64,000 nt of DNA from Vicugna vicugna. Taxonomy: Eukaryota. This document shows, piece after piece, positions 40,111 through 54,390 of the stretch (position 1 is the stretch's first letter; each line of letters opens with the position of its first letter). The stretch spans positions 2,071,696 to 2,135,695 of the forward strand of contig MU058540.1 of assembly GCA_013265495.1 (NCBI GenBank). The letters run 5' to 3'. Under the pieces are notes generated by a model that had not been told where the DNA came from, did no database searches, and worked only from the letters and a program-made list of their open reading frames with translations. A program made the position numbers and the translations under genes.

Positions 40111-40605
40111 GAAATATTACTCAGCCATAAAAAAGAATGAAATAATGCCATCTGTAGCAACACAGATGGACCTAGAGATTATCATACTAAGAGAAGTCAG
40201 TCAGAGAAAGACAAGTATTATATGATTTCACTTACATGTGGAATCTAAAAAAAGGATACAAATGAATTTATCTACAAAATAGAAATAGACTCAGAAAACA
40301 AACTTCTGACTACCAAAGGGCAAAAGGCGGGGAAGGGATAAATTAGGAGTTTGGGATTAACGTATGCACACTTCTATATATAAAATAGATAAACAACAAG
40401 CACAGGGAACTATATTCAATGTCTTGTAATAACCTATAGCAGAAAAAAATCTGAAAATAACAGATCTAGATATATGTATGTGTGTATAACCGAATCACTT
40501 TGTATACCTGAAACTAAGACAACAGTTGATTGTAACAGTTGATTGTAAATCAACTATACTTCAATAAAAAGATACACATACACACACACATTTTACAAAG
40601 TGAAA
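39815..40605 (+). mobile_element. Nested L1 (ORF2 end and 3'UTR) with (CA)n
   Basis: 'ggaactctcctacactgttggtaagaatgtaag...tcaataaaaa'. TSD AAAA(C/T)TGTTTTG at 39803-39814 and 40606-40617. Confidence 0.85.
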
Positions 40606-42211
40606 AAAATTGTTTTGTCTATTCTAGGACCTTTGCATTTCCATATAAATTTTTAAAACTTGTCACTCTCTACAAGTTGCCAGCTGGGATTCTGATTGAG
40701 ATTGCACTGAATCAGTATCTTTAGAGAAAACTGACAACAATATTGAGTCTTACAATCCTTGAACACAATATATCTTCATTTATTGAGGTTTTCTTTAATT
40801 TCTCTTGGTAATATTTTACAGCTTCCAGTGTAGAGGTCTTGTGTATCTTTTCAGGAAATTTATCCTTGGGTAATGAGTATTTTTTATTTTACTATAAATA
40901 GTATTCTTTTAAAATTTCAACTTCTGACTGTTCACTTGCTAGTATATAGAAATACAATTGATTTTTCTATGTTGATCTTGTATCCTGCAACTTTCCTAAG
41001 TGCATTTAATTGTTCTAGGAGCATTTTTTAAAATCATAGGCAATCATGACATCTGTGAATAAAGAGTTTTATTTCTTCTCCTTCAATCTAGATGTCTTTC
41101 ATTTCTTTTTCTTGTCTGACTGCACTGGCTAGAACCTCAAGTACAATCAATAGAAGTGATGACTCATAGTGGACATCTTGTCTTGTTCCTGATCTTAGCG
41201 GGAAAGGCCTCTGTCTTTCAGTATTAAGTATGATTTCAGCTATTGGTTTTTCATAGATGTTTATCAGATTGAGGAAGTTCCTGTCTATTCCTAGTTTGTT
41301 GAGAATTTTTGTAGTAATGCATGTTGGATTTTGTTAAATGCTCTTTCTGCATCTACTAGTTGATCATGTGGTTTTTCGCTTTTACTTTATTAAACACGGT
41401 ATATGACGTTGATGTTCAACCTTGTATTCCTGGGACAAATCCCATTGGTCATTTTATCATTTTTATAAGCTGTTGGAGTCAATTTGCTAAAATTTTGTTA
41501 AGAATTTTGTCTTTTAATTGAATTGGTTAGATCATTCATAGTTAATGTAATTATAGACCCAGTTTGGTATAAACCTTGCTATTTGTTTTCCGTTTGTCAT
41601 CTATTCTTTGTTTCAATTTTTCTTTCTTTTTTTATTGGATCTCTGGGTTTATAGTTTTTATCAGATTTGGAAATTTTTTGGACATCGTTTCTTCAAAAAA
41701 CTTTTCTGTACCCCTCCTCTCCTCGAGACTACAATTACATGTATATTAGGCCACCTAAAGTTGTCTCACAGCTCACTGATGCCCTGTTTTTTTTTCCCCT
41801 AGTCTGACTATTTCCTCTCTGACTTTAATTCTGGATAGTATGTACTGCTATGGCTTCAGGATGACTAATCTTTTCTCTTGCACTGTCAAGTTTGCTGTTA
41901 ATCCCACATAGTTTATTTTTCATCTCACATATTGTAGTTTTCATCTCTAGATGTTTAATTTGGATCTTTTAAATATATCTTATATATGCATTTAACATTC
42001 TCAATCTTTCCTCTGCTTTATTGAACATATGGAATATAGCCATAATAACTTAATATTTTTGTCTACTAATACTATCTTTGTCATTTCTGGGTCTGTTTCT
42101 AATTTTTATTTTTCTCCTCATGGATTATATTTCTCTTGCTTCACTGTAAGTCTGATGTTTTTGACTGGAGGTCAAATGTGAATTTTACTTTGGTGAGTGC
42201 TAGATATTTTT

Positions 42212-43372
42212 TTCCTCCAGTTTTATTGAGATATGATTGACATACAGCACTGTGTAAGTTTAAGCTATACAGCATATCACAATAAGTCTAGTGAACACCC
42301 AACATCTCATACAGTTAAAAAATTGAAGATAGAAAAAAATCTTTCCTTGTGTTGAGAACTCTCAGGATTTGCTCTCTTAACTTTTCTATATAGCATACAG
42401 CAGTGTTAATTATATTTATCATGCTGTACATTATACCCCTAGTACTTATTTATCTCGTAACTAGGTGTTTATACTTTTTGACTGCCTTCATTGAATCCCC
42501 GCCCCACAACTCCTGCCCCCACCTCTGGTAACCACAAATCTGGTCTCTTTTTCAATTGAGTTTGTTTTTGAAGTATAATTGAACTATAACACTATATTAG
42601 TGCCTGTTACACAACATAGTGATTCTGATATTTCTATACATTTCAAAATGATCAGGATAAGTCTAGTTACAATATATGAAGACATTACATAGTTAACTGA
42701 CTATATACCCCACACTGTACATTTCATATCCATGCCTCATTTAATTTGCAACCGGAAGTTTGTACCTCTTAACCTCGCTCACCTATTTCCTCCTTCAGCT
42801 CTCCTCCCCTCTGGCAACCACCTATTTGTTCTCTGCACCTGTAACTCTGTTTCTGTTGTTATGTTTGCTCATTTATTTTTTCAGATTGCACACATAAGTG
42901 AAATCATACACTATTTGCCTTTCTCTGTCTGACTTATTTCACTTAGCATAATATCATTTAGGTCCATTCATGTTGTTGCAGATGGCAAGATTTTATTCTT
43001 TTTTATGGCTAATATTCCATTGTGTGTGTGTCTGTGCATGCACACACACACATATATCTCACATTTTCGTTATCCATTCTTCTACTGATGGGCACTTAGG
43101 TTGCTTCCATACCTTGGCCACTGTAAATAATGCTGCAATGAACATATGGGTACATAGATCTTTTCTGATTAGTGTTTTTGTTTTCTTTGGATAAATACCC
43201 AGGAGTGGAATAACTGCATCATATAGTAGCTCTATTTTTAATTTTTTTGAGGAATCTCCATACTGTTGTCCATAGTGGCTATACCAATTTACATTTCCAC
43301 CAACAGTGCACACAGGTTCCCTTTTCTCCACATCTTTGTCAGCATTTGTTATTTGTTATCCTGTTGATAATA
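42212..43372 (-). mobile_element. Nested L1 (ORF2 end and 3'UTR with two terminus-like modules)
   Basis: ORF 43059..43331 is the ORF2p C-terminus. Perfect 17-bp TSD GAGTGCTAGATATTTTT at 42195-42211 and 43373-43389. Confidence 0.9.
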
Positions 43373-45589
43373 GAGTGCTAGATATTTTTGTATAACTATA
43401 CATATGAAGCTTCGTTCTGGGATACAGTTAAGTTACATGGAAACAGTTGGATCTTTCTGATGCCTGTTTTTAAGCTTTGTTAGAAGAGATCAGAGCAGTC
43501 TATAGGTTAGGGCTACATCTGCATCACTGCTAAGGCAATACCCTTCTGAGTCCCCTACCCAATATCCTTTGACTTACAAGGATTTTCCCCTCAGGCTGGT
43601 GGGAACACAAACTATTCTTAACCCTGAAAAAGAATAAGGGATCGTTCCCTCTAATCCTCTTGGGTAGTCCTTGGCTTTGGGTAGCTTCCACACAACATAT
43701 GCACTAATCAGTAGTTATCTGAAGATGTAAGGGGCACTCTACAGACCTCTGGAGTTCCCTCCTCGTGCAACTCTCTCTTTCTTCTCCAAACTGTAGCCTC
43801 CTTGGACTCCAGCCCTGCCTCCTCAACTCAGGGAGACTGCTGGGCTCTGCCTGGGTTTCCCCTCCTTATGCTGCAGCCTAGAAACTCTTTCCAGGCAGTA
43901 AGCTACGATAATTGTAGGGTTCATCTGTTTGTTTCTGCTTTCTTGGGGATCATTGTCCTGTGTGGCCAGTTGTTCGGTGTTTGAAACTTCACATGCTTTT
44001 TTCTGGGGTTTTGTTTGTTTGTTATGTGATTACAGCCAAAAGAGTAAGTCCCATCTCTGCTATTCCATCCTGGCCAGAAGCACAAGGCCACAAGTATATT
44101 TTTAAGCCAAAAAAAAAAAGGGAGATAGTAAAAAGACACAAGTATTATGAATGGAGTTTCAAGTGGGGAAGAAGTGTCTTATAAAATAAACATTATTTAA
44201 AACTAATTTTGACTGTCTGAAATTTGAAGGATATAGTTTTTCCATGACACTACAAAAGTCAAAGCCTGTAACTGATGATAAAAAATCTCTCTCATAAAAT
44301 GGCAGGTTTTGTGCACATTTATGGAAATCTGGATAACTGTGATATATTTTTTCTTTAACCTATATAAAAAATAGGTTTAAACTTCAATAATTGAAAAAAT
44401 TATTACTTCACATTTCTAAATGCCATTAACAAACATGCCACAATTTTTAAAAAATCGAGTTTAAAAAAATTTCATTTCTTTTGATTAATTCAACTAAAGA
44501 ATACAGTGGAAATTATCTTAATACTTAATAATTCAAAGTCATAATGCTACAAAAAAGTTTGCTTGTGGTTGACAATGGTATTAATTGTCTTTAAGGGGGG
44601 GTCTGTAAAACTTGCTTTTATTTTGGAACAAACCTCAAATGGATACCTATTGTATCTAAAACCTATAAAAAGTATTTCAATATACTGAGATTTTAACACT
44701 GCTTAAACTTGAAAGAAAGCCCCCAAACTATTTCAACACACACAGTCTGCAGTGGCACTTGCAAACAACTAGGAACAGCAATCTGTCACTGGCATCACAT
44801 GGCCTGCTTCTCTGGGTGCCTATCTAAACTTGTAACTAGCCACAGCAACACCTGCAGATCTCTGCCCTCAGCATATGATTTCATAAGAAAACAACATTGA
44901 CAGATGCAAAGAAATGGAAAGAACACAACAAGAGCAAAGAAGGCAGTAAGAGCTCTGCTTGGATGACTTTTTCCCCTCTCAAAATCACTTTCCATCAAAG
45001 TGGCTTCTGTAGCTCAGACTGCATTATCTGGCTCCTGGCCCTCATGCTACTCAATCACCATTCATTCCATTTATCAATGGCAATTATACAAACTAGCCAG
45101 ACTCCCAAAATTTTACCTAGAGGTTCTGAGGAAAATCTTAGCTAGGGTGTGAGGGAGGGTTTTTAGTGGAGAGTTGAGAAAGTGGGAAGAAACTGTAGGA
45201 AACTGGAGACAGAAAGGAGAATCCACAGAGCTGAGTATTAAATCTGAGCCAGCTCATTCTAACCATAATCTTATGCTCCAGCTCTTCACCTTCATACACA
45301 CTTCCTGGAAAGTTAGGTAACTCAGATTTTTATTTACAGAACTAAGAGTTGCCTCTTGAGTTAAAAAAAAAAGTATTCTATTAGTTAAACTTAAAGTTAA
45401 AAATTTTAAATTATAAATATAGTCACATATTACTCAAAGTGTGGGAAATAAAGAAAGGAAAAAAGAATTCACCACAATCCCAACATTACAATTTAGGAGT
45501 ACTTTTTAAAAAATAAACTTTATTTTTTAGAGCAGTTGTAGGTTCACAGCAAAACTGAGTAAAACAGCCAAAACAACTGAAAAAAAAAA

Positions 45590-47010
45590 AAAAACAAAGT
45601 TGGGAGGACACACACTTCATGATTCCAAAACTTTCTACAAAGTGACAGTAATCAAGACAGTGTGGTAGGGTAAGAACAGGCACGTAGATGAATGGACTAG
45701 AACTAAGAGCTGAGAAATAAACTCTTACAGTAATGGTCAACTGATATCCGAAAAGGGTGCCAAGATAATTCCATGGAGGAAACAATGGTCTTTTCAACAA
45801 ATGGTGCTGGAACAACTGGATCTCCACATGCAAAAGATTACAAAGTTGGACACCCTACCTCACACCATATACAAAAAGTAACTCAAAATGGATTAAAGAG
45901 CTCAGTGTAAGAGCTAAAACTATCAAACTCTTAGAAGACAACATAGGCATAAATCTTCATTGACCTTGGATTAGGCAATGTTTTCTTATGTGAAACTGAA
46001 AGCACAAGCAATAAAAAAAAAAAAAGATAAATTAGACTTCATGAAAATTAAAAACTCCTGTGCTACAAATGACACCATCAAGAAAGTGAAAACAGCACAA
46101 CAGGAGAGGAAAATTTTGCAAATCATATATCTGATAATGAGACTGTATCTTAGAGTATATTAAGAACTCTTTCAATTCAATAATAGACAAATAACCCAGT
46201 TTAAAAAGGGCCAAGGATACTAATTGACATTTCTCCAAATAAGATTTACAAACGGCCAATCAATACATGAAAAGATGATCAACATCATTAGTTATTAGGG
46301 AAATGCTAATCAATGCCTTACCACTCCATACCCACTAGGAAGGCTATTGGCAAAGAGACAGACAATATCAGGTATTGATAAAGATGTGGAGAAAGTGGAA
46401 TGCTCATGCTTTGCTAGTGGAAATGTAAAATGATGCAGCTCCTTTAGAAAATAGTCCAGTAGTTCCTCTGAAAGTTAAACAGTTATCATTTGATCAACAA
46501 TTCCAGGAAAAATGAAAACATGTCCACACAAAAACTTGTATGTGAATGTTCATAACAGCATTATTCATAATAGCAGAAGAGTAGAAACAACCTAAATGTC
46601 CATTAATTGATGGATGGCTAAACAAAATGTGGTTTACCCATACAATGGAATGTTAATTAGCAATGAGAAGCAAACAAGTACTGATAACATACTACAACAT
46701 GGATGAACCTTGAAATATTATGCTAAATGAAAGCCAGACACAAAATGCCATATTTGTATGATTCCATTTATATGAAATGTCCAGAATAGGTGAATCTATA
46801 GATAGAAAACAGACTGGTGATTGTGCAGGGTAATGAGGGAAACAGGAAGTGACTGCTAAACAGGTATGAGATTTCTTTTGGGGTGATAAATTGTTCTGAA
46901 GTAGGATAATGGTAACAGCTGTAAAACTGAATAATACTGAAAACCACTGACTTACATACTTCGAAGGGGGTGAATATTTTGCTATGTGAATTTTATTTCA
47001 ATAAAGCTAT
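45590..47010 (+). mobile_element. L1MB/MC-type fragment (ORF2 C-terminus and 3'UTR)
   Basis: 'ttcaacaaatggtgctggaacaactggat', 'gacttcatgaaaattaaaaac'; ends 'ttcaataaagct'. Confidence 0.85.
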
Positions 47011-47149
47011 AATAAGGATTATTCTATTGAAGGATGGATCATATTTCTAGATACTCATTGCTTCCAATTTCTCTATTCTACATAACACGGCTGTGAAGTT
47101 CTGTGCCTAGGCTTTTATCATATCATACAATTAGGGGTATGAATTCCCG

Positions 47150-47375
47150 TTTCAGTAGGAATCCTGGCTTGACAACAAAGCAGCTGTAAGAGCTCAGGCA
47201 AGTCAGCTGACTTCTTTGTGCCTCAATTTCCCCGTATGTGACATGAAGCTAATGGTATCCACACCTCTTGGGATTCTGAGGGTTAAATTAAGTAATGTAC
47301 ATGAAGGGCTTTGCATGGTGCCTGTAACACAGTAAATCTTCAACATTAGTAGGAGAGGTAGCTATTATAATTGTC
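47150..47375 (+). mobile_element. MIR SINE
   Basis: 'ggcaagtcagctgacttctttgtgcctcaatttcc...ggttaaattaagtaatgtacatgaag'. Confidence 0.6.
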
Positions 47376-48384
47376 ATTCTAGTTTGTATTACTTTCTTAA
47401 GTTTATTTCCAGAAGTGATATCACTAGCTCAAAAAACATGGGCATTTATGTGTCTGAATACATTTTGCCAAACTACATTTCAAAAGGGCACACTAATTTC
47501 TGGTACTAGTAGTAAATGTGCGAGAGAAACAGAGTAACCATGCCATCATCAACATTATGTTAAAATAAATTTGTTTTGTTACCTTAACAGATATCCCACT
47601 TAAATCGTTCATTTCTGCCACTTTTGGTCCTTTACAGCTTGAAATCCAATAGTTTTGTAATTATCATATGAATCCTATATACCATGAATTATCTACTGAA
47701 CATGAAATCTGCACAAGGCCCCATACTGGGGGCTACAATTGAAAATGAAAATGAGTAAGGCCAAGGATTTTATGTGAGGTAAGGCAAAGAAACATTTTAA
47801 TTCAAGATAACTATGATCAAGTACAAGAGAGCTAAGTATTTATGAAGGTAGGGAAAAGAAAAGTTTATAAAATAAAGAAAAGATGGCAGTGTTTGAAGGA
47901 TGGGCATAATTTCAACTGGCAAGGGTGTGGCAAGAGTAAAATCAAGGCTGGTAAAAGAACACAGCACATTCCAAGACTACGTGGCTTGAGTACAAAGTGG
48001 CTGGGGAGGGAGCGGTGCGAGAACAAGGTACAGGGTGCTCTGGGAGCACAAAGAGGACCCTCTAAAACAGAGCCAATGACCATGTGAGCCGAGGAGGAGG
48101 GTTTCTCCCAGGACAAACAGTGTGCAGAAAAACACGAGGACACAAATCATCATGACCCGTCCAGGGAACTGCACGTAATACAATTTGGCTAAAGTGAAGG
48201 GTACATGTGGGAAGGAGGCAGATGATGCTAAATAAATAGGCAGAGGCCTGACTGTGAAGGACCTTGTGTGCCAGAATAAAGCATTTGAACTTTACTCCAA
48301 AGGAAATAGAGAACTGAAGGATTTTTAAGAAAAGAAGTGACAATAAGACTGGCTTAAAAAAACTAACTCTGGCAATACTCCAGT

Positions 48385-48782
48385 GAATTCCCTTCTACAC
48401 AGAATAAAATCCAGTCCTTCTTACACTTAAAAGCCCACAGGCCGGTCAGTGGCTATCTCTGAATTTCTTATTGCTCCTCCTCTCACTCACACTTCTTTTG
48501 TGACACTGGCCTTCTCCAATATGCAACCCCTCAGGGCTCAGAAGCAGACACTTGTGGTTGCCTCCGCCTGGAACTCTTGCCCCAGACAGCCACATAGTTT
48601 GCTCCCACATTCCTAGGTCTCTGTTGAAACACTTCCTTATCAGATAGGCCTTCCCTGTTAACTGGAAAGAGCAAGAAGCGACAGCAGTCAGTCCTACCAT
48701 TTTTTACCTCCACTTACCACCTGGCACATATATTTATTTGCATATTTCCTGTCTCTCTGTACTAGAATGTAAGTTCCAGGAT
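48385..48782 (+). mobile_element. L2 LINE 3' fragment
   Basis: 'agaataaaatccagtcctt...cttgccccagacagccaca...actagaatgtaagttcca'. Confidence 0.65.
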
Positions 48783-49090
48783 GGATCCTCTTAATAACCT
48801 TGATATAGGAACTGTCATTATCATTTCCAGATAGTGAAATTAAGGGACATAATATTGGCAGTGAACAGTGGAACCAAGTAGAACGACTCTTGAGCCTGCA
48901 CTATATTTCACGTACTGACTCCCAGTAAAGTCACAGGTTCCTGACTTTGATTCTAAAATATTTCCTGTGAATAGGCCCCACTCTGACAAGCTCTAATGTA
49001 GTTTGCTCTCATTTCACACTATGTCCTTCCAAAAAGATACGGATTCTCAACATTTATTAGCCAAATTTCAAATGCCACGAAACAATTTTT

Positions 49091-49578
49091 TGAATGAAAT
49101 ATAGTCAATATACAATGTTGTGTTAGTTTCTGGTATACAGCATAGTGATTCAGTTTATATACATATTCCTTTTCATATTCTTTATAAGCTATTACCAGGA
49201 ATTGAATATAGTTCCCTGTGCTATACAGTAGGACATTGTTGTTTATCTATTTTATATATAGTAGTTGGTATCTGCAAATTCTGAACTGTCAGTTTATCCC
49301 TCCCCACTCTCCTTCCCTCCGGTAACCATGTTTATTTTCTATGTCTGTGAACCTGTTTCTATTTTCTAAATAAGTTGATTTGTATTATTTTTTTAGATTC
49401 CGCATATGAATAGTATCACATATTATTGGTCTTTCTCTGCCTGACTTACTTCATCTAGTATGATAATCCCTAGGTATCCATGTTGCTGCAAATGGCATTA
49501 TGTCATTCTTTTTATGGCTGAGTAGTATTCCATTGTATAAATATACCACAACTTCTGTATCCAATCATCTGTCAATGG
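49091..49578 (-). mobile_element. L1 3' end
   Basis: Antisense L1 3'UTR. TSD ATGCCA(C/G)GAAACA(A/C)TTTTT at 49072-49090 and 49579-49597 (17/19). Confidence 0.85.
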
Positions 49579-50493
49579 ATGCCAGGAAACACTTTTTAAA
49601 TGATCAATTAAAATGCACAAGATATCTGGACTTTTATCTATTCAACAATAAGCTATATTTTTTTGGACCACAGGTATTAAAACAAGATGAAAAGACTATG
49701 AAACTAGAAGCGACATAGCATATGACACCAAAACTACTTTCCCCAGATCTTTTTCAAGTATAAGTCAACTTCAAGGATAAAACTAACTTCATCTTCAAAA
49801 TATACATCAAAGTTTTCTAAGTATTACTACTAAAGGAAGAACACAGTATCTACCTGGAATACATCCAGTAATTATAGTGTCATATGTAGAGTAAGAGAAT
49901 GAAAGTGAGATCTCCGTAACATTTCTCCCGACTCTTTTCCTGCTCCTCAGATTATTTATTTCTTCTCTCCTTGATTTCTCTTTCACCCCATCCCCTATTA
50001 TTGCAAGTACCTCTTCTCAAAATGTAGTTCTCAATCAACAGCTTTTCCCCTGTCAACCACTTCATACCAGACCTCATCCACTCTTAATTTCAGCTATCAT
50101 TTCCACTAAGATAACTTCTAGATCTAGTTATCATTTCTCCATCTTCCCTTCTCCAGTTTTTAATCTCTAATTGCCAGGCTACAGATACTTCAGGACCCTT
50201 TTATATCCCTAGTTTTTAAAGAAAATGAACTCTTTCAAAATTGGTTCCTTCTCTATCTACCTCAGTATCTGTATCATCTGGCTATTCTCCTAGGTTTATA
50301 ACTTTAATATAATTTTTCTCCCTTTAATCAATGGGACCTACAACTATTCATTGTGTTTCCTATGATCTTACTTTCCAATTTCACAGCTGTCACCACATTC
50401 TTGGCTTTCTTCCTTTCCTTCCTGAATCACCACAGTTCTCCAGCAGACCTGCCTATGTCCAGCCTACTCACCCACTTCTTTCTACTCATTCTA

Positions 50494-50585
50494 TACATAC
50501 TGCCAGTAAAGAGGGGAAAAAGTACATACTGCCAGTAAAAGGAGGGGGGAAAGTACATACTGCCAGTAAAAAGGGGGGGAAAGTA
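50494..50585 (+). repeat. Three-copy minisatellite, 29-31 bp unit TACATACTGCCAGTAAA + purine tract
   Basis: Units start at 50494, 50523 and 50554. Confidence 0.9.
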
Positions 50586-53500
50586 AGTTATAGAATGGAA
50601 TGTAAATTACTATTCTATTTGTAGAAAGAAAATGCATATACACTTGTAAATGCAAGAAATTATCTAGGAAAAAATACACCAATTAATAGTAGCTAATTCT
50701 GGAGAATGGGATTCAGGGAAAGAAATAAAGGATTTTTACTTTTTGTTCTATATGTGTGTGCACATACCTCTGTATTTTTTAAAAAAGTAGTCAGTTTATT
50801 AAATGTTCATTTTAAAAAAAGAAAGAAAAGGCTGAGCCCAGCGAAGACTCTTAACTTTGGATGAATATAACTGATCGTGATTATCCACAGTGCAGGAAAT
50901 ATGAGCTATGCAGAGTGCTTAATGAGAAAACTCATCCATTCAGTCAACAACCATTTATGGAACACTTAACTATGTGTCAGACATTGTGCCTGATGATACT
51001 GACATAAAGGCGAACAAGGAAGACCTAGTCCCTGCTCCATTTTTCCTGATTCCCCTGTGAGAACCATTCTGACTTCCAGGTCTGTTATCATTATGCCTAT
51101 CATGCCTATGGTCTCCCATGAAATAGCTACAAATTAATACAATAATTATATCATACAAAAACAAAGGCTTTAAATGTTATTAACTATTTCCTTCATAATT
51201 AATTTTAAAGGTTATCAGAAACACAATTTGTGGAAAGAACAATTCAGTAAGCACTGTATCAAATAAACAAATAAAAAGTAACTTAGATGTTAAATGAAAT
51301 AGAAGGGAAATTAGCTAAAAAATTTAAAAGGAAAAAAATTACAGGAAATTTTTATTTTTTTCACTGATTTATATATATTTACTACAATTTTCTACAATAA
51401 ACATGTACTATACAATAAGAAGAAAGTAAAAGTTATTCTTAAAAAGAACCTTCTGTTCCAACAACAGATCAGCTACTGCCTAAAGCACAACTCCTTATCC
51501 CATTATACCAGGCCCTTTATGGTCTGGCCTTGTCAGGACTCCTTGTTTTGTCAGCCCACAGCCCATTTTGCCTTCTGCTGGAAGCAGCATTCTGGGACTT
51601 TCCACTGGGGAACCGCTGCCCCTCACCTCCTGGGGTGGGCCTAGTCCCCAGTCTCTGTTAGTCAGCACTTCCTATTCCTGGGCCACCCCAACAGTTTAGA
51701 GGTAAACACATTACCCTAACAGATCCAAGCCCAAATCAATCCTGAAAAGAGGCTAATTTTAATGAGGCTATTAAAATGATTGTAATTGCTTATACATAAT
51801 ACAGCTAAATTTCCTGAAAGACCTTTGTAATAAATAGAATTCTCAATAATGTGGCCCCTGAATGTTTTGTGTGACTATAATTTCAAGTCACAAAACTGGC
51901 AGTGAAATAGTCTTCATGACCTCTTTTGTTGAAACAGAACAGCAACAAAAATATCAGAAAAAGTCCCATTTCTAAGAAGCTATTAAAAGTTCATACTGTC
52001 TCAAAGAATAAGAATGTTGAATCCATATAAATTATATCCTGTTAAAATAGCTAACTATAGAAACGGTAAGAAAATACAGGTTACCAATCATAAATGTTAG
52101 TCACATGTCATCTGACAAAAATCTTTTTAAACAACTCAAAAAATAAGGTAGTGTTTCTTGAGGCACTTAAAATGCCACAATACCTTAAAAAAAAACACCT
52201 GGGATATATTTAACTTTTCAAATAATTTTGATCCATTAATCATTTTCTTTTCAACACTAAGAAAACTACAGAGTATATTAATGAATTACAGGGAAACAAA
52301 GTTCAACCCAATATAAGAAAATAAAACTTAACCATTAGAATTTCCTAAGAGTGAAATGGACTATCTTGTAAAACAGGGACCTCTCTTTTCCTGAAACTAA
52401 AGCTAAAACTAAAACTCTGTAATTCTCTGAAAATAAGACATCCTTGAAGAATTCGATTGATGTGCCAGCTGTTTTATTTCTTTAGAGTATAGCTGAACAC
52501 ATATAATAATCCATTGCATTTTTTCTAGCATTGCACAATTTTTCCTGGCCCACAATGCGCATATTGTATTTATTATCATATTTAAGCATCTGACAGCATC
52601 ATTATAAGAATCCATAATATTATTCTCTTAACTAAATGCATATATAAATTTTTCAGTCTTCAAACTGCCATGGATTTCAGTAGTTAAATATCATATATAT
52701 TTTTTCCACAAAGTCTAAATACATTTCCTAAACATTTAGCTTTCAGTTTCCTGTTCATCAATGGCTACAATTCTAGAGGCAATACATAAATACACCCTAG
52801 TCATGCATTATTTCCACTTTTGACAGCAGTGGATGTGAACATAGTATGACCAAATGTAACTTGGTGCATATAAATGGTACATGACAGCTAACACAGCAAC
52901 AGAAGGAATTAAGTTACAAAAATGGAAATATAAATTACATTCCTTATATAAGAATTCATGTTTAACAACGTCCTTTTATAACTTAAGAACTCAGAAAGTT
53001 TCTCTCTCATGAAAAACTGATAAGCTTTATCAGACAAAAATGATGAAACCCATCCTGTTTCCTTTTTTCTCTTGCTTGCCAGGAAGCTCAGAGCTAAATT
53101 TACTGTTTCAGTACAGAAACTACCTTGTATCAGATTATAGGTGTAAAGATTTCTTTCCACTCCCTCATCCTGCTCGTTATTTCTCAAATGATTTATGCTT
53201 GATTTTTTACTGTTTTTAATGGGTTTTGCCTTTTTTCTCTTAATTACAAACCATCAGATATTTTCAATGAACAGACTAATATAAATTATAAAGGAACTTA
53301 AAAGATTATATCGACACATCACTGAATAATCTGTTCATGCATATAAAATATAGGTTGTAAAATATATCTCATTTCCCCCTTTTAAAGTTAATTATTTCAC
53401 GTAATTCATGATTCACTTTTAGAAAAGCATTGGCAAGTTTTTAAAATACAAGAATGACAGAATGACACAAAGATCAAAACTAGTTACTAAATTAGAGACA

Positions 53501-54184
53501 CTAGATTAGGAAGATTAGTAATTTTTAAATGTTTTAAGTTTACTAAAAAAATTTGTCAGGCAAAGCCAGACAGTTACAAAATATTAACTCATAAAATGTA
53601 CTAAAATCTTACATATTGTTATCAGCACTCTGGATGCAAAATAGACAATATGTCTAAAAATATTTAAATAGCTCAGGAATCTAAAAAAAAAGAGGGAAAC
53701 AGTCACACTTGTTTAGAAACTATGACACACAAGTATACACACATTCAGCATACAGTAATACCAAAAAGTTTTAAGTGGAGAAAAGGAGATATTAATAAAA
53801 TGAACAAAAACAGTATTAAGATGATAAGAAACTATAACCCAAATTGACAAATTTGCCAAAAACTAAACAAAAATATATCATGAATTAAACAGAAAATCTA
53901 AATATAGTCATATTAAAAATGGAAAGAGAAATGAACACATTTTGTAACAAAGACTACAGTCTGTAAGAATACAATAACATAATATTAAAGCTCTCCACTT
54001 TTAGAAGCCACAAATAAAAAAATAGAAAATGATAATAAATGGAAGAAGACAGCCAAAATAATTTACATAAAAGTTACAAAAACCAACTGTCCCTTTCTCT
54101 CTCAACATATGAGAATTGCAAGACTTATACCCAAAGAAGTTAAATTACGAAAAACTTAACATTCTAAAAATGAAGTTAATAGCA

Positions 54185-54390
54185 AAATGTATTATTATTT
54201 ACTATATAAAGTATAGTATATAGTATTATATATTATATAGTTTTAATGTTATAAATATATACTATGTTATATGTAGTATATACATAATACAGCATTATAT
54301 ATAGTATATATAATATAGCATTATATACAATATATAAAACAGCATCATATACAGTATACTTTATGTAGTATTGTTATTATTATATAAGTT
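54185..54390. repeat. TA-rich low-complexity tract
   Basis: Degenerate (TATAG/TATAA)n. Confidence 0.75.

Larger units (their letters stand above)
38030..44060 (-). mobile_element. Long decayed old L1M element (antisense) hosting three younger L1 insertions
   Basis: Antisense ORF2/3'UTR text at 38030-41500 and decayed upstream L1-like sequence to ~44060. ORF 38235..38420 is L1-like. The distal boundary is uncertain. Confidence 0.65.

Noticed and set aside
50494..50585. CRISPR-like repeat-spacer array
   Set aside because: Mammalian intron; the spacers are 12-14 nt and similar to each other; no cas genes.
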